This document shows, piece by piece, positions 9,345 through 20,219 of a stretch of DNA of 64,000 bases (positions are counted from its first letter, which is position 1; every line of letters begins with the position of its first letter). Position numbers and translations under genes: made by a program. The DNA lies in assembly GCA_030425645.1 (NCBI GenBank), contig JAUHZK010000002.1:256487-320486 (forward strand), read 5' to 3'. This DNA is from Gammaproteobacteria bacterium. GTDB taxonomy: Bacteria; Pseudomonadota; Gammaproteobacteria; JAPPPA01. A model generated the notes under the pieces. The model worked only from the letters and a program-made list of their open reading frames with translations, was not told the DNA's origin and searched no databases.

Positions 9345-10792
9345 TAATTGTTTACCTGCGTACCGCCAACGGTAATCTCGTCAATTTTCAACGTCGGCTG
9401 GCCAACACCAACCGGCACCGACTGACCATCTTTACCACAAACACCCACACCTTCATCCAAGGCTAGGTCATTGCCTACCATGCTGATCTTCTGCATCACA
9501 TCAGGCCCAGAACCAACTAAGGTCGCGCCTTTAACCGGATACTGAACCTTGCCGTTCTCAACCCAATAAGCCTCGCTGGCCGAGAAGGTGAAATTACCAC
9601 TAGTAATGTCGACTTGGCCGCCACCAAAATTGACCGCGTAAAGCCCTTTATCGATTGTGGCAATGATCTCATCCGGTGCTGACTCACCGGGCAACATGTA
9701 TGTATTGGTCATGCGCGGCATCGGCAAATGCGCATAAGATTCGCGTCTACCATTGCCGGTAACCGGCATCCCCATCAAACCGGCGTTATGCTTGTCTTGC
9801 ATATAAGCAGCCAAGCGCCCGTTTTCGATCAATATCGTGTTCTGACTAGCGACACCCTCGTCATCAATTGATAGCGAGCCTCTGCGGCCATCCAAAGTGC
9901 CGTCATCCACCACTGTAACCAGTGGATTAGCCACCAATTCGCCTAGGCGCCCGGCAAAGGTAGACGTGCCTTTACGATTGAAATCAGCCTCGAGACCGTG
10001 ACCGACAGCCTCATGCAATAGCACACCCGGCCAGCCCGGCCCTAGCACCACCGGCATCGTACCGGCCGGCGCGGCCTGCGCCGCCAGGTTCACCGTCGCT
10101 TGCCGTACGGCTTCACGCGCCCAACGCGCCGGCTGGTCGCCGGCTACCAAAGTTTGCAAGCCATAACGACCACCGCCGCCCGAGCTGGCTTGTTCGCGGC
10201 GACCGTTTTCCTCAACAACCACCGTTACGCTCAAACGCGTTAACGGTCGAATATCCGCAGCCAAAGTGCCATCGCTGGCCACAACCATGATCACATCTTG
10301 CGCAGCGACTAGGTTCGCCATCACCTGCACCACGCGTGGGTCGGCTGCGCGCGCGTCGGCCTCCACTTGCTGCAGTACTGCCACTTTATCGGCTGCGTCC
10401 AACTCATCAATCGGGTCGATCGCCGGATATAAGGCCTGCGCGTTTTGCCCTACCAAACTAGGCACCGTTAACGACTGACCTTGACGAACAATCGCCGCGG
10501 CAACACCACCTGCCTGCTCAAGGCTCGGCAAGGTGATGTCGTCAACATAAGCAAAACCGGTCTTTTCGCCCTGTAGCGCTCGAATGCCAGCGCCCTGTTC
10601 AATGCCATGATTGCCGTGCTTAACAATCCCGTCTTCCAAACCCCAACTTTCGTGGCGGTTGAACTGACAATAAATATCCGCCGAATCAGCTCCCGAGCGC
10701 ATAATGTTATGGAGCTGCGCTTGCAGCTGGTCAACAGTCAGAGCGTTTGAGCCTAGCAGCTGCTGGCTAGCCTGATGAATTAGGTCGGTCAT
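9344..10792 (-). CDS. tldD: Metalloprotease TldD.
   Basis: The 482-aa product is colinear with the TldD/PmbA family, and the synteny yhdP–tldD matches E. coli. Confidence 0.9.
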   Translation of the reverse strand: MTDLIHQASQQLLGSNALTVDQLQAQLHNIMRSGADSADIYCQFNRHESWGLEDGIVKHGNHGIEQGAGIRALQGEKTGFAYVDDITLPSLEQAGGVAAAIVRQGQSLTVPSLVGQNAQALYPAIDPIDELDAADKVAVLQQVEADARAADPRVVQVMANLVAAQDVIMVVASDGTLAADIRPLTRLSVTVVVEENGRREQASSGGGGRYGLQTLVAGDQPARWAREAVRQATVNLAAQAAPAGTMPVVLGPGWPGVLLHEAVGHGLEADFNRKGTSTFAGRLGELVANPLVTVVDDGTLDGRRGSLSIDDEGVASQNTILIENGRLAAYMQDKHNAGLMGMPVTGNGRRESYAHLPMPRMTNTYMLPGESAPDEIIATIDKGLYAVNFGGGQVDITSGNFTFSASEAYWVENGKVQYPVKGATLVGSGPDVMQKISMVGNDLALDEGVGVCGKDGQSVPVGVGQPTLKIDEITVGGTQVNN

Positions 10793-10801
10793 GAAATGGG
10801 C

Positions 10802-11161
10802 CTAAAAAGAATCAATCTGTAAACGAAGTTGCTCTTTCAACTTACGATTAGCTTGTAGTCGAATATTCGATGGTGGCATACCTAGAATCACCAGCCAGTC
10901 AGCTAGCTCCATAGCACGGGCTTTTTCCAACTCATCCTTGCCGTGCTCAACAATCAAGACTTGCGCCGGATCGGCTTCAACAGCGGCGTTGTAAGCTTGC
11001 ATTGCCAGCTGTAGCTGCGGCTCGCGCATTACTTGCAAGCCATGCTCAATATTGCTCGGAAACTGCGCTGGCAGCTCCCACTGCGTCTCGGCCTGCAACG
11101 GTGGCAATACGCCAGCCGCTAGCAAAACGAATAGGCCCAAGGGCGCTAGAAAACGCCGCAT
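10802..11161 (-). CDS. Small exported protein of unknown function.
   Basis: It has a signal-peptide-like N-terminus (MRRFLAPLGLFVLLAAG...A-ETQ) and sits between yhdP and tldD. The start is uncertain. Confidence 0.45.
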   Translation of the reverse strand: MRRFLAPLGLFVLLAAGVLPPLQAETQWELPAQFPSNIEHGLQVMREPQLQLAMQAYNAAVEADPAQVLIVEHGKDELEKARAMELADWLVILGMPPSNIRLQANRKLKEQLRLQIDSF

Positions 11162-11253
11162 CGCCATCATTGAGCTGCTAACACCGACCACCTAACTCAC
11201 CTCACTTAAGCCACAACCACAAAGGGCGGGCATTGTACCTTAGTGCAGCCGCA

Positions 11254-14200
11254 CTAGCGGCGGCGCGCCCCGCCTCGGCGTCGGGCTTTAGCGCTAGCCT
11301 CACTAGCAGCCGCGGGCGCGTCCTCAGTGACCACTGCGCTTGGGCGGCCAAACTGAATAGCCGTCGCTGGGCGAGACTCAACTTTGGGTTTCTCAGGAAT
11401 AGGTTCACCGTTGATCAATGGCTCATCCCAGCTGCCAGTTAGATGGAAACGCAACACACCAAGCTCGTCAAACGGCTGCCCAAATAGCTCGTTACCCAGT
11501 AGCAGCAATGCTCCGACCCCAAGCCCGGAAACCAAAGCGCCTACCACCGCGGTCCCGCCTCCAATTTGAGGGCGTACCGTGATCCGCTGATCATAGTCTT
11601 GCTCTAATAAGCCAGCCCGACCAACAATCATGGCATCGGCACCACGAGCTTTAATTTCTAAGTTATCCGTCCACGCATTGCCGTCACTAACGGCAAAGTC
11701 GCCGGTGATTCTGTCGAAGGTAAGGCCGCTTTTGGCGATATCCGAAAAATCCAGCAACAAACGCTTAGGCAAGGTGTAAAAGCTAAATAAGCCTAAGATT
11801 CGTCCCAAGCCCGGATCCACCTGATAAATCTGGCCTTCTTCGAAATCAACCGAAAACCCACCGCTCGCCCGCTCGGCGTCAAACTGAGTCATTGGGCCAG
11901 GCCACTGTAATTTCACGTCAACATTTGCGCCTTTTGCACCGAGCACGTCAGGCAGGTCAATGCCGTTCATTACTGCATCCCAATCACCCGATGACAGTTT
12001 TACTTCTAGCTCACTGTGGTGGCCATGTTCGTAAACATCCCAGCGGCCAGAGGCGTCCAGTGCAAGCTCGCCGCCACGGCTAGTTAACCGCCGCATTACT
12101 AGGCCACTCACGCCTGGTTCGGTAACCACATCAATCTGACCTAAGCGAACGCCCATGTAGCGGCCATCACGTATCCGTGCCCGCACCACAGGTAACTCTC
12201 GCGGATCCACCGTTGACGCTGCTACTGGTGCCGGCGGACCAACAGCCTCAGCCTCAGGTGTACGCACCAAATCAGGCAAATACAAATAATCAAAATCAAC
12301 TTCAATCTGCGCGGCCAAGCGACGCTTCTGCAAGGCACGCGCCGCCTCGCCTAGATCCGCTACCTGTGCCGCACTAACCACGCTATCTGGCACCAGCACC
12401 GTGCCAGCGCCATCGGCGCTTTTCATTGTTAGCTGGGCCGCGTTTTCCTGCCGCCGGATATTAGCGTTCAAGGCCCGCCAATTGATGCCGAAGGCTCTGA
12501 ATTCGTCACTGCGCAAACTGAGATAGTCGAGAAAATCAGGCAGCAGCATGTTGCGCGCCGGCGCCGCCGCAGCCTCGGGTTGTTGCTCCGCAAACCAACT
12601 TAGCAGGTAGTCGAGGTCGCCTTTCGGCAGGTCGACAACCACGCCAATGCCATCTTCGGTTGGCAGCACGGCATTGATATTACCAACCGCGAATTCAGCC
12701 CGACGCAACTCACCATCGTCTTCATCTGCCAGCCACAAGGCGGCACCACCAAGGCCACGTGCGTTCGCGGTAACGGCCATTCCGGAACCGGCGCTGCGAT
12801 CTACAAGCAACTCGAACGGCGCTTGCCACTCAGGCCGTTTCTCGATCCCGCTTGGCCCATTAACGGCCACCCCTTCTAGGCTTGAGGTAACACGAATACG
12901 CTCGCCTGGTGCAGCGCCATCGCGGCCGCTCAAATCGACCTGTAAGGCGCTACTGCCAGACAGAATATTCAGCAGCCAATCCGGCATAAAGCGGCCCATA
13001 AATGCCTTATGCTGAGGCTGCTCATCTAAATCCAGCTGGGTTTCGGCAGTAATTAACATGTCACCGCCTACTAGACTTAAATCCAGCTGCGCCGCAGCAT
13101 CAAAGCCATGAAACTGGCCGCGGATGTCATTTGCTAAAACCCTAGCTTCGGTAAAACCAACGCGGCCATTGATATTGTCCAACGCAAGGAATTCCGAGCT
13201 GCGTAGCTTGGTGTCTTCTAGTACGAGCTCTCCATTCGCCTTTAGCCCTCCAATGTTGCTAACCGGCACATGAAGCTGCAAACTCAAGTCGGCCTCGCCA
13301 GAGGCGGACAAACCTTTTAGTAACGGCGCCACCGGCTCTTTCAGCGGCGACTGCCTTACATAGCCCAACAGTTTAGAAACCGGGGCCGTAGCCTCAGTCA
13401 CAATGTTGACATCGGTCAATCGCAGGTTGGGAATATTTACGTTTAACCGAGTCGGGACAACGCCTTCGGTCTCGGCATGAGCTACCCTCGCCATTAAACC
13501 GATATTTCGGAATAACAGCGCCGCTGTCACATTGCTTAGCGCCGGCCAATCTTCGGCAAACTCAATCGCCCCACCGCTAACATCGGCGTCAACCCGGAAG
13601 CTGCCCTCATTAGCCTCGTAAGGAAAACCCTGCAACGGGCCATCAATACCCACCTCAGCATCGACCCGCCCCGCCAGTAAAGCGCCTTGCAACCAGCTCT
13701 GCGCCGTTGCTGGCGTGAAGGCGGGGATAAAACGCTTCACCAGAGGAACCGTGCCATTTCTAACCTTTCCTTGTAGCTTAATATCACCCGCAACTTTGGG
13801 CCCACCGAGCTGGGCGTTAACCGCTACCACCACCTCAGCAGTCGCCCCTTCCTTAACTAGATTGAGGCTCGGAGCATTGATCGCCAAACCATCAATACGG
13901 CCACTGTTGTCGTCTGTTCTTCGCATCGCAATACTAAGCTGGCCGGCCACGGTATCAACGCTGCGCCGCCCCTCGTAAAGCCACGGCCAATCAATGATCA
14001 ACGAGGAACTGTCTAACTCCACATCGACGACATCATTATCTACTGTGAAACGGCCTGCCAAATTTTCAAAGCCTGGCCAGCCCTTATTCTCATCCGCAGC
14101 TCCAGCCACTTTTCCCGTGCCCCAGCCCAATTCGCTGAAAGCGCCTTTTGCCTGCGTTTTAAGCCCGCCATCGGCACTATGGGAAACATCGAACTGCTCT

Positions 14201-15474
14201 ACCTTAAAACGGCCAGACGGCGCCATCTGTTGCAACACGCTCGCCATCTCGCTTGGAAATGGCAAGGCTTCAGCTTGGTCGAATACGTCACCCCAAAGCA
14301 GACTGTCGAGCTGCCCATGAAATCGCAGCTTGCGACCTTCGTCTTCAGTGCCAATCGCCGAGTGCATGGTCAGGCCTTCAACTTCCACCACCTCACCAGC
14401 AACCGTTAGCTGGGCTTTTTCACTCGACACGGTCCACTTGCGCCCTAGCTGCGCCAGATTCTTGAGTGCATCAACTTCCTCACTTGAAGACTCATGGCTC
14501 TCCCAAGACAAGTCGCCCACAAAGGATTCAACAAGATGGCGATCACGTTGCGCGCTACTTTCGTTATCTAAACTCAGTTGCAAGGCCTGCAACGAGATAT
14601 GGCTAGTTACCTTGGTGGTCTTTTGCCGGTCCCACTGCAGGTTAATATCACCGCGTTCCAACACGCCAGCGCGTATATCCAGCGGCAAGGCCGCAAGCAA
14701 CGGCTGCACCCACGGCGAATGCAATTGAAAGCCCTGCAGCCGAGCAAACATAGAGCCACGCATATTAACCATGTCGGCCATGCTGCCTTCGGCATCTAGC
14801 ACCAGCTCAACGTTTTCACCAATTGAATTCGGCGGCTTACCGGATAGTTCAATATGGTATTCACCGCCGCCACTCCGGAACGCCAGATCAAACCAAGCAC
14901 TTTCTGTATCCAAACCAGTGTCGCCAGCCGGCACCCACACAACCTCAGTGCGGCCGAGAGAAATGCGCCCACGTGCCGCTAAGAAATCTAATAACGGCCC
15001 TAGGAAATCACTTTGGTTGCCGGCACTGCCATCAAAGCCCCGCAACCGAAGTCGACCGTTATCGGTTTGCTCGACAACCAAGCGCAAACCTTGGGCATCA
15101 ACACTAGCTGGACGTAAGGGCTGCTTAGAAAACAGCTGAAAGATATGTGTCCCGACCGCCAACTGGCGCAGGCCAACCAGCTCATCGCTATCGACTGGTG
15201 AACGGATGGACACATCCTCGAAAATCAATCGCGGCCCCCAACCAGACCATTCGGCCTGCATACTGCCAATCACCAGTGGCTTGCCAATCGCATCGCTGGC
15301 CATGGCCTCGATATCGCGTTGCAACTCTGGCAGCTCTGGTAGTAATAGCCGAAACAGACTGAAACTGACCGCCAACAAAATCAGCAGAACCGCAAAAAGC
15401 CCAAGCAAGCTGCGCCGTATGGCGTAAAAAACGTTATTAGGTAATGCCACGCGGCTAGACCAAGACCACATCGT
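11254..15474 (-). CDS. yhdP: YhdP/AsmA-family large inner-membrane-anchored envelope protein (TIGR02099-like).
   Basis: The product is about 1400 aa with an N-terminal TM segment and a Gly/Arg-rich C-terminal tail. Its position after rng matches E. coli maf-rng-yhdP-tldD. Confidence 0.85.
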   Translation of the reverse strand, partial: TMWSWSSRVALPNNVFYAIRRSLLGLFAVLLILLAVSFSLFRLLLPELPELQRDIEAMASDAIGKPLVIGSMQAEWSGWGPRLIFEDVSIRSPVDSDELVGLRQLAVGTHIFQLFSKQPLRPASVDAQGLRLVVEQTDNGRLRLRGFDGSAGNQSDFLGPLLDFLAARGRISLGRTEVVWVPAGDTGLDTESAWFDLAFRSGGGEYHIELSGKPPNSIGENVELVLDAEGSMADMVNMRGSMFARLQGFQLHSPWVQPLLAALPLDIRAGVLERGDINLQWDRQKTTKVTSHISLQALQLSLDNESSAQRDRHLVESFVGDLSWESHESSSEEVDALKNLAQLGRKWTVSSEKAQLTVAGEVVEVEGLTMHSAIGTEDEGRKLRFHGQLDSLLWGDVFDQAEALPFPSEMASVLQQMAPSGRFKVEQFDVSHSADGGLKTQAKGAFSELGWGTGKVAGAADENKGWPGFENLAGRFTVDNDVVDVELDSSSLIIDWPWLYEGRRSVDTVAGQLSIAMRRTDDNSGRIDGLAINAPSLNLVKEGATAEVVVAVNAQLGGPKVAGDIKLQGKVRNGTVPLVKRFIPAFTPATAQSWLQGALLAGRVDAEVGIDGPLQGFPYEANEGSFRVDADVSGGAIEFAEDWPALSNVTAALLFRNIGLMARVAHAETEGVVPTRLNVNIPNLRLTDVNIVTEATAPVSKLLGYVRQSPLKEPVAPLLKGLSASGEADLSLQLHVPVSNIGGLKANGELVLEDTKLRSSEFLALDNINGRVGFTEARVLANDIRGQFHGFDAAAQLDLSLVGGDMLITAETQLDLDEQPQHKAFMGRFMPDWLLNILSGSSALQVDLSGRDGAAPGERIRVTSSLEGVAVNGPSGIEKRPEWQAPFELLVDRSAGSGMAVTANARGLGGAALWLADEDDGELRRAEFAVGNINAVLPTEDGIGVVVDLPKGDLDYLLSWFAEQQPEAAAAPARNMLLPDFLDYLSLRSDEFRAFGINWRALNANIRRQENAAQLTMKSADGAGTVLVPDSVVSAAQVADLGEAARALQKRRLAAQIEVDFDYLYLPDLVRTPEAEAVGPPAPVAASTVDPRELPVVRARIRDGRYMGVRLGQIDVVTEPGVSGLVMRRLTSRGGELALDASGRWDVYEHGHHSELEVKLSSGDWDAVMNGIDLPDVLGAKGANVDVKLQWPGPMTQFDAERASGGFSVDFEEGQIYQVDPGLGRILGLFSFYTLPKRLLLDFSDIAKSGLTFDRITGDFAVSDGNAWTDNLEIKARGADAMIVGRAGLLEQDYDQRITVRPQIGGGTAVVGALVSGLGVGALLLLGNELFGQPFDELGVLRFHLTGSWDEPLINGEPIPEKPKVESRPATAIQFGRPSAVVTEDAPAAASEASAKARRRGGARRR

Positions 15475-16969
15475 GCTGGTCAGGCGGGTACTGGGCCTCT
15501 GCCTGCAAACGAATAGGATGACCAATGGCTGCTTCCAAATCAGCTAACGCCTTAGCCTCGTCGCTTAGCATCAAATCAACCACCGCAGGTGCAGCAATGA
15601 TCAGCATCTCGCGCGGCTCAAACTGCCTTGCGGAGCGTGAAATCTCACGGAAAATTTCGTAACACACCGTTTCAACCGTTTGTACGGTGCCTAAACCACC
15701 ACAAGTACCGCAAGGTTCCATCAGCAAGCGCTGCAAGCTTTCACGCGTTCGCTTACGCGTCATTTCTACTAGCCCCAGCGGGGAAAAATCGTAGACCTGC
15801 GTGCGGGCGTAATCCTTCTGCAAGTACTTCTCTAAAGATCGCAGCACCTGGCGCTTATGATCCGCATCCTGCATATCAATAAAATCGATAATGATGATGC
15901 CGCCGAGGTTACGCAGCCTAAGCTGCCGCGCGATGGCTTGTGCTGCCTCTAGGTTGGTCTTAAAAATAGTTTCTTCGAGTGTTCGATGACCAACGAAACC
16001 ACCGGTATTGACGTCGACCGTGGTCATGGCTTCGGTCTGATCAAAAATCAGGTGACCACCTGACTTCAGCTCCAAGCGCCGGTCTAGCGCGCGGCCGATG
16101 TCTTCTTCCACGCCGTAAATATCAAACAACGGCCGATCACCAGCGTAATGCACCAGCCGGTCTTTCATATGCGGGAAGAAACCTTCGGCAAACTGTTTGA
16201 CCTGCTGAAACGCCTCCGGTGAATCAATCCGCACGGTATCGACTTCTTCTGACAGTAGATCTCTAAGGATTCGAAGCACCATGGGCAAGTCACCATGGAC
16301 TAAAGAAGGCACCGCTGACGAGGTTGCAGCGCCGGCTATTTTTTCCCACAACCGACGCAGAAAAAGCATGTCCGCCCAAATAGCTTCCTGGCTAACGCCC
16401 TCGCCGGCCGTTCTAACAATAAAACCGCCATCTTCTTCATTCTTGAGATTGGCGCGAACCGCTGCCCTGAGGCGCTCCCGCTCCTCTTCACACTCAATCT
16501 TGCTAGAAACACCTAGATGTTTCTCACCGGGCATATAAACCAAATAACGCGACGGCAGGCTTATTTGCGTAGTCAGACGCGCGCCTTTACTGCCAAGCGG
16601 GTCTTTTAGCACCTGCACCAGCACCGTCTGACCTTCTGCTAACAACTGCGTGATATTGGCCCCTGCGGTATTGCGATGCGCTAGCGGCCCGCCACCGTCA
16701 CTGTCGACCTCATTAGCGAGCGCTGAAATATCTTCCGATGAACGCATGCCGATATCGCCGACATGCAAAAACGCCGTGCGCTCGAGACCGATCTCGACAA
16801 AAGCTGCCTGCATGCCAGGCAAGACTCGCGAGACTTTACCCTGGTAAATATTACCGACCAGACCGTGGCGATTAGTTCTCTCAATAAAAAGCTCCTGCAA
16901 AACACCGTGGTCAACAACCGCCACTCGCGTTTCTTGAGGGCTCACATTGATGAGGATTTCTTCGCTCAA
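15455..16969 (-). CDS. rng: Ribonuclease G.
   Basis: It has an RNase E/G catalytic domain (S1 followed by DNase I-like and Zn-link CGTCGG). The 504-aa size fits RNase G. Confidence 0.9.
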   Translation of the reverse strand: MSEEILINVSPQETRVAVVDHGVLQELFIERTNRHGLVGNIYQGKVSRVLPGMQAAFVEIGLERTAFLHVGDIGMRSSEDISALANEVDSDGGGPLAHRNTAGANITQLLAEGQTVLVQVLKDPLGSKGARLTTQISLPSRYLVYMPGEKHLGVSSKIECEEERERLRAAVRANLKNEEDGGFIVRTAGEGVSQEAIWADMLFLRRLWEKIAGAATSSAVPSLVHGDLPMVLRILRDLLSEEVDTVRIDSPEAFQQVKQFAEGFFPHMKDRLVHYAGDRPLFDIYGVEEDIGRALDRRLELKSGGHLIFDQTEAMTTVDVNTGGFVGHRTLEETIFKTNLEAAQAIARQLRLRNLGGIIIIDFIDMQDADHKRQVLRSLEKYLQKDYARTQVYDFSPLGLVEMTRKRTRESLQRLLMEPCGTCGGLGTVQTVETVCYEIFREISRSARQFEPREMLIIAAPAVVDLMLSDEAKALADLEAAIGHPIRLQAEAQYPPDQHDVVLV

Positions 16970-17574
16970 AGGGTCTCTACTCCAAAACGGCTCAATAACT
17001 GCGAGGTTTCGAAAATCGGCAAACCCACGACAGCACTATAGGATCCGGATATTTTACGCACAAATACAGCAGCAAGCCCTTGAATTGCATATGAACCAGC
17101 CTTGTCTTGAGGCTCTCCCGTCTGCCAGTAGCGGCGCATGGCCTCGGGCGCAACGTGGTCGAAGCTCACACGGGTTGCCACCACAGCAGATTCGACCCGC
17201 TGACCCTGCACACAAACCACCGCAGTTAATACCTCGTGCTCACGCCCTGACAGCAGCGACAGCATGCGCACGGAATCGTCAAAATCGACGGGTTTACCCA
17301 AGGCCTCACCATCCACCACCACCGCCGTATCGGAACCCAATACGGGTAATGACATGGCTTCGCCCTGCTGTTGCCAGCCGGCAATGGCTTTATCTGTGGC
17401 GACCCTTAAGACGTAGTCCTCTGGCGTCTCGTCTGCCGCTTGTTGTTCTGGCACGGAAATCGATGCGACCTCGAAACGCAAACCCAGTCCTGCCAACATC
17501 TCCCGCCTACGCGGCGAACGCGATGCGAGGACAAATTGCGCTAGCTTATTGGCGTGTTCGCCAGACATATCCAC
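16966..17574 (-). CDS. maf: Maf-like nucleoside triphosphate pyrophosphatase.
   Basis: The Maf family N-terminus (LASRSPRRREML) is present. Its stop overlaps the rng start (ATGA). Confidence 0.85.
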   Translation of the reverse strand: MDMSGEHANKLAQFVLASRSPRRREMLAGLGLRFEVASISVPEQQAADETPEDYVLRVATDKAIAGWQQQGEAMSLPVLGSDTAVVVDGEALGKPVDFDDSVRMLSLLSGREHEVLTAVVCVQGQRVESAVVATRVSFDHVAPEAMRRYWQTGEPQDKAGSYAIQGLAAVFVRKISGSYSAVVGLPIFETSQLLSRFGVETL

Positions 17575-17665
17575 TACCCCTTGTATTGCTTATCCAAGAC
17601 CCGTTCACACCTCATAACGTTCCCCGCTTACTCGGAAGCTGACTCACGACGTCTATTCACGACAG

Positions 17666-18148
17666 CTATTCCCGATGATAAGGGTGGTTATGCAGAATGC
17701 TGTGAGCACGGTAGAGCTGTTCGGCAACCAATACCCGCACCATTGCATGCGGCAGCGTCAGCGGTGACAAACACCATTGCTGATCCGCCATTTGTCGCAG
17801 CTCTTCATCTAAACCGTCGGGTCCACCCACTAACAAAGCAACATCTTTGCCGCTGTGCCGCCAATGATCTAACTGCTGCGAAAGCTGTTTTGTGGTCCAA
17901 GGTTTACCGCGCTCATCCAGCGCCACCACGATCGCGCCTTTAGGAATCGCGGCTTTTATATCAGCGGTTTCTTTGCGCACTGCGGCTACTGCGGCGTCAC
18001 GTCCAACGTCTTGCTTTTTGCGCGGCCCTGGCGGTAGCTCTTTAAGCTGTAAAGCCGTTTGACTAGGCATTCGCTTGGCGTAGGTTTCATAGCCATCAAC
18101 AACCCATTTAGGTGGTTTTTGACCGACGGCTATTAGGTGAATTTTCAT
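17666..18148 (-). CDS. rlmH: 23S rRNA (pseudouridine1915-N3)-methyltransferase RlmH.
   Basis: The 160-aa SPOUT-type product follows the MKIxLIAVG pattern (YbeA). Confidence 0.9.
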   Translation of the reverse strand: MKIHLIAVGQKPPKWVVDGYETYAKRMPSQTALQLKELPPGPRKKQDVGRDAAVAAVRKETADIKAAIPKGAIVVALDERGKPWTTKQLSQQLDHWRHSGKDVALLVGGPDGLDEELRQMADQQWCLSPLTLPHAMVRVLVAEQLYRAHSILHNHPYHRE

Positions 18149-18253
18149 GCGTGAATTGTACCCTCGTTACGGCAGCTAACCTAAGCGCTTACTCCGCTTA
18201 ACCGGTAACCCAAGACGACCCGAACCAGCCGCCTTTTAAGATACTGAGTCCCT

Positions 18254-19159
18254 TTACGCTGGCGCTTCGTCAGATTGGTACACAGTTACCTGACCGTAAC
18301 CTTGCGCCCGACTCTGGGCCAACGCCACATCACAAGCAGACAGCGTATCCGAGGCCGACCAACGGCCATTATTGAATTGCACAATACCCATGCAAACACT
18401 GACCGAGACGGCTTCGCCGCTGGGCGCTTTAAGCCAACGCTGACTCAACTTCTGCTGTACTCGCAGGGCAACATTCATTGCGTCTTTGGCTTCCGTCGCC
18501 GGCAGAATGAGCAGAAACCGATCGGCCCCAAGACGCCCCACGTAATCAAGTTCTCGACAAGTACTTCGCAACATCATGGCGATCTCAGCGAGCACCTCGT
18601 CGCCAAACGGCTCACCGTGACTGGCATTAATTCTCGACAGACCATCGACGTCGACCACCATTGCGGAGAAACGCATCTGCCCTCGCCGCCATCGCTGAAT
18701 AGCCTTGTCTAGTTCTTCTAGTAAGTAGTGCCGGTTATGTAGCCGTGTTAGTCGGTCTAGCTTAGCCACGTCATACAAGCGCCGACGAGAACGTCCAAGA
18801 CGCTGTCTCAGCGCCATCGACATTAGGCTCGGCAAACCAATAACCAACGCACTCATTAATAGATACTGCAGGGCCTGCTCGGCACCTAAACGTGGCGGCT
18901 GCAGAATATAGCTTGCAACACACAAGGCGCTAACCAGTAAGAACGCCTGCAGGCTACGACGTTTGCCCGTGGCGAGCGCTGCAGAAAAAATTATCGGTAA
19001 ATAGAAGACACCACGAATGCCGTCGCTATTCGCGTGGGTATCAAACCAAAAGCCCCAAACAGCCGCCGCCGCAGCGAGTAGCGCCAAGGCGACGGTGAGT
19101 AGCCGCCGCGGCGCTAGTGGATGCAGACGCTGGTTGACCGAAGCTGGCGCCATTGCCAA
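18254..19159 (-). CDS. Membrane GGDEF-domain protein with a degenerate active site (GADRF) and an intact I-site (RELD). It is probably not an active diguanylate cyclase.
   Basis: The N-terminus has about 4 TM helices, and the C-terminus is a GGDEF domain (DVDGLSRINASHGEPFGDEVL). The GGDEF position reads GADRF (nt 18515-18529, verified by reverse-complement translation), with RxxD five residues upstream. Confidence 0.8.
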   Translation of the reverse strand: MAMAPASVNQRLHPLAPRRLLTVALALLAAAAAVWGFWFDTHANSDGIRGVFYLPIIFSAALATGKRRSLQAFLLVSALCVASYILQPPRLGAEQALQYLLMSALVIGLPSLMSMALRQRLGRSRRRLYDVAKLDRLTRLHNRHYLLEELDKAIQRWRRGQMRFSAMVVDVDGLSRINASHGEPFGDEVLAEIAMMLRSTCRELDYVGRLGADRFLLILPATEAKDAMNVALRVQQKLSQRWLKAPSGEAVSVSVCMGIVQFNNGRWSASDTLSACDVALAQSRAQGYGQVTVYQSDEAPA

Positions 19160-19171
19160 AACCGAACTAGC

Positions 19172-19534
19172 CTATTCTTCTTCCGCGGCTGGAATGCCTG
19201 ACCAGATTTTTTCCAGCTCATAGAACTCGCGGGTTTCTTGCTGCATTACATGCACCACAATATCGCCGAGGTCGATCAAAACCCATTCGCCATTGGCTTG
19301 CCCTTCAACCCCTAGCGGTTGCAAACCCGCCTCTTTAGCTGACATCACAACGCTATTGGCGGCGGCTTTGGCATGACGGTTTGAGGTGCCGCTAGCCACA
19401 ACGACCTTGGACATCACCGAACTAATCTCAGCCGTGTCTAGGCAGACAATCTCTTTGGCTTTTAAATCTTCTAGCGCGTTAATTACCAAGCTCTCTAGCT
19501 CTTCTAAGCTTAGGTCAGCTGCTTTTGCAGTCAT
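19172..19534 (-). CDS. rsfS: Ribosome silencing factor RsfS.
   Basis: The 120-aa product belongs to the RsfS/Iojap family, and it follows nadD as in Pseudomonas and E. coli. Confidence 0.9.
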   Translation of the reverse strand: MTAKAADLSLEELESLVINALEDLKAKEIVCLDTAEISSVMSKVVVASGTSNRHAKAAANSVVMSAKEAGLQPLGVEGQANGEWVLIDLGDIVVHVMQQETREFYELEKIWSGIPAAEEE

Positions 19535-20219
19535 AAGTGGGTTCCAAAAATTTAAGAATAGCCTCGGGCACCAAGCCCTTCAGCGTTTTACCAGCGTCAA
19601 TTAAACGCCGTATATCGGTGGCAGAAATATCAACTTCCGGCACCGTTAGCTGGCGCACTGAACCGGCCAGACATTGGTTAATATCATTTGTCGCTGTCAC
19701 AGCATATTGCGACAACCAGTCGGCCGCTAGCCCTTGATAAGCGTCGCAATATCCTGGGCGATTCACCACCACCAAGTGGCAAAGCTGAGGCAGCTCATTT
19801 GCCTGATACCAACTCTCAATGCCCGCGTAGGCGTCAGCGCCCATTAAAAATACTAACGGCCGCCGCGGATACAGCTCGCGCAAGCGCCGCAAACTATCAA
19901 CGCTATAAGCGGGCCTTGCATCATCACTCTGCGCCTGCCACTCACTCATCTCTAAAGACAGCCGCGGCTCAGCTTGTAATGCCAATTGCAGGGCGTTAAG
20001 ACGGGTTTCTGGCGCCAATACTGGCTGCCCTCTATGCGGTGGCAGCGGATTCGGCATTAGACGCACATCATCAACAGCCAATTGATCGGCCACTGCCGAG
20101 GCCATGGCTAAATGGCCGTTATGCACCGGGTCAAAGGTACCGCCAAGTATGGCCAGCGGTTTATCTAGAGGAGCTAGTTCGATCACCTTAGCCGCGTATT
20201 TCGCCTTGGCCAAAGACAA
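19515..20219 (-). CDS. nadD: Nicotinate-nucleotide adenylyltransferase.
   Basis: [12 protein letters not shown] (HxGH nucleotidyltransferase motif). Confidence 0.85.
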   Translation of the reverse strand: MSLAKAKYAAKVIELAPLDKPLAILGGTFDPVHNGHLAMASAVADQLAVDDVRLMPNPLPPHRGQPVLAPETRLNALQLALQAEPRLSLEMSEWQAQSDDARPAYSVDSLRRLRELYPRRPLVFLMGADAYAGIESWYQANELPQLCHLVVVNRPGYCDAYQGLAADWLSQYAVTATNDINQCLAGSVRQLTVPEVDISATDIRRLIDAGKTLKGLVPEAILKFLEPTYDCKSS

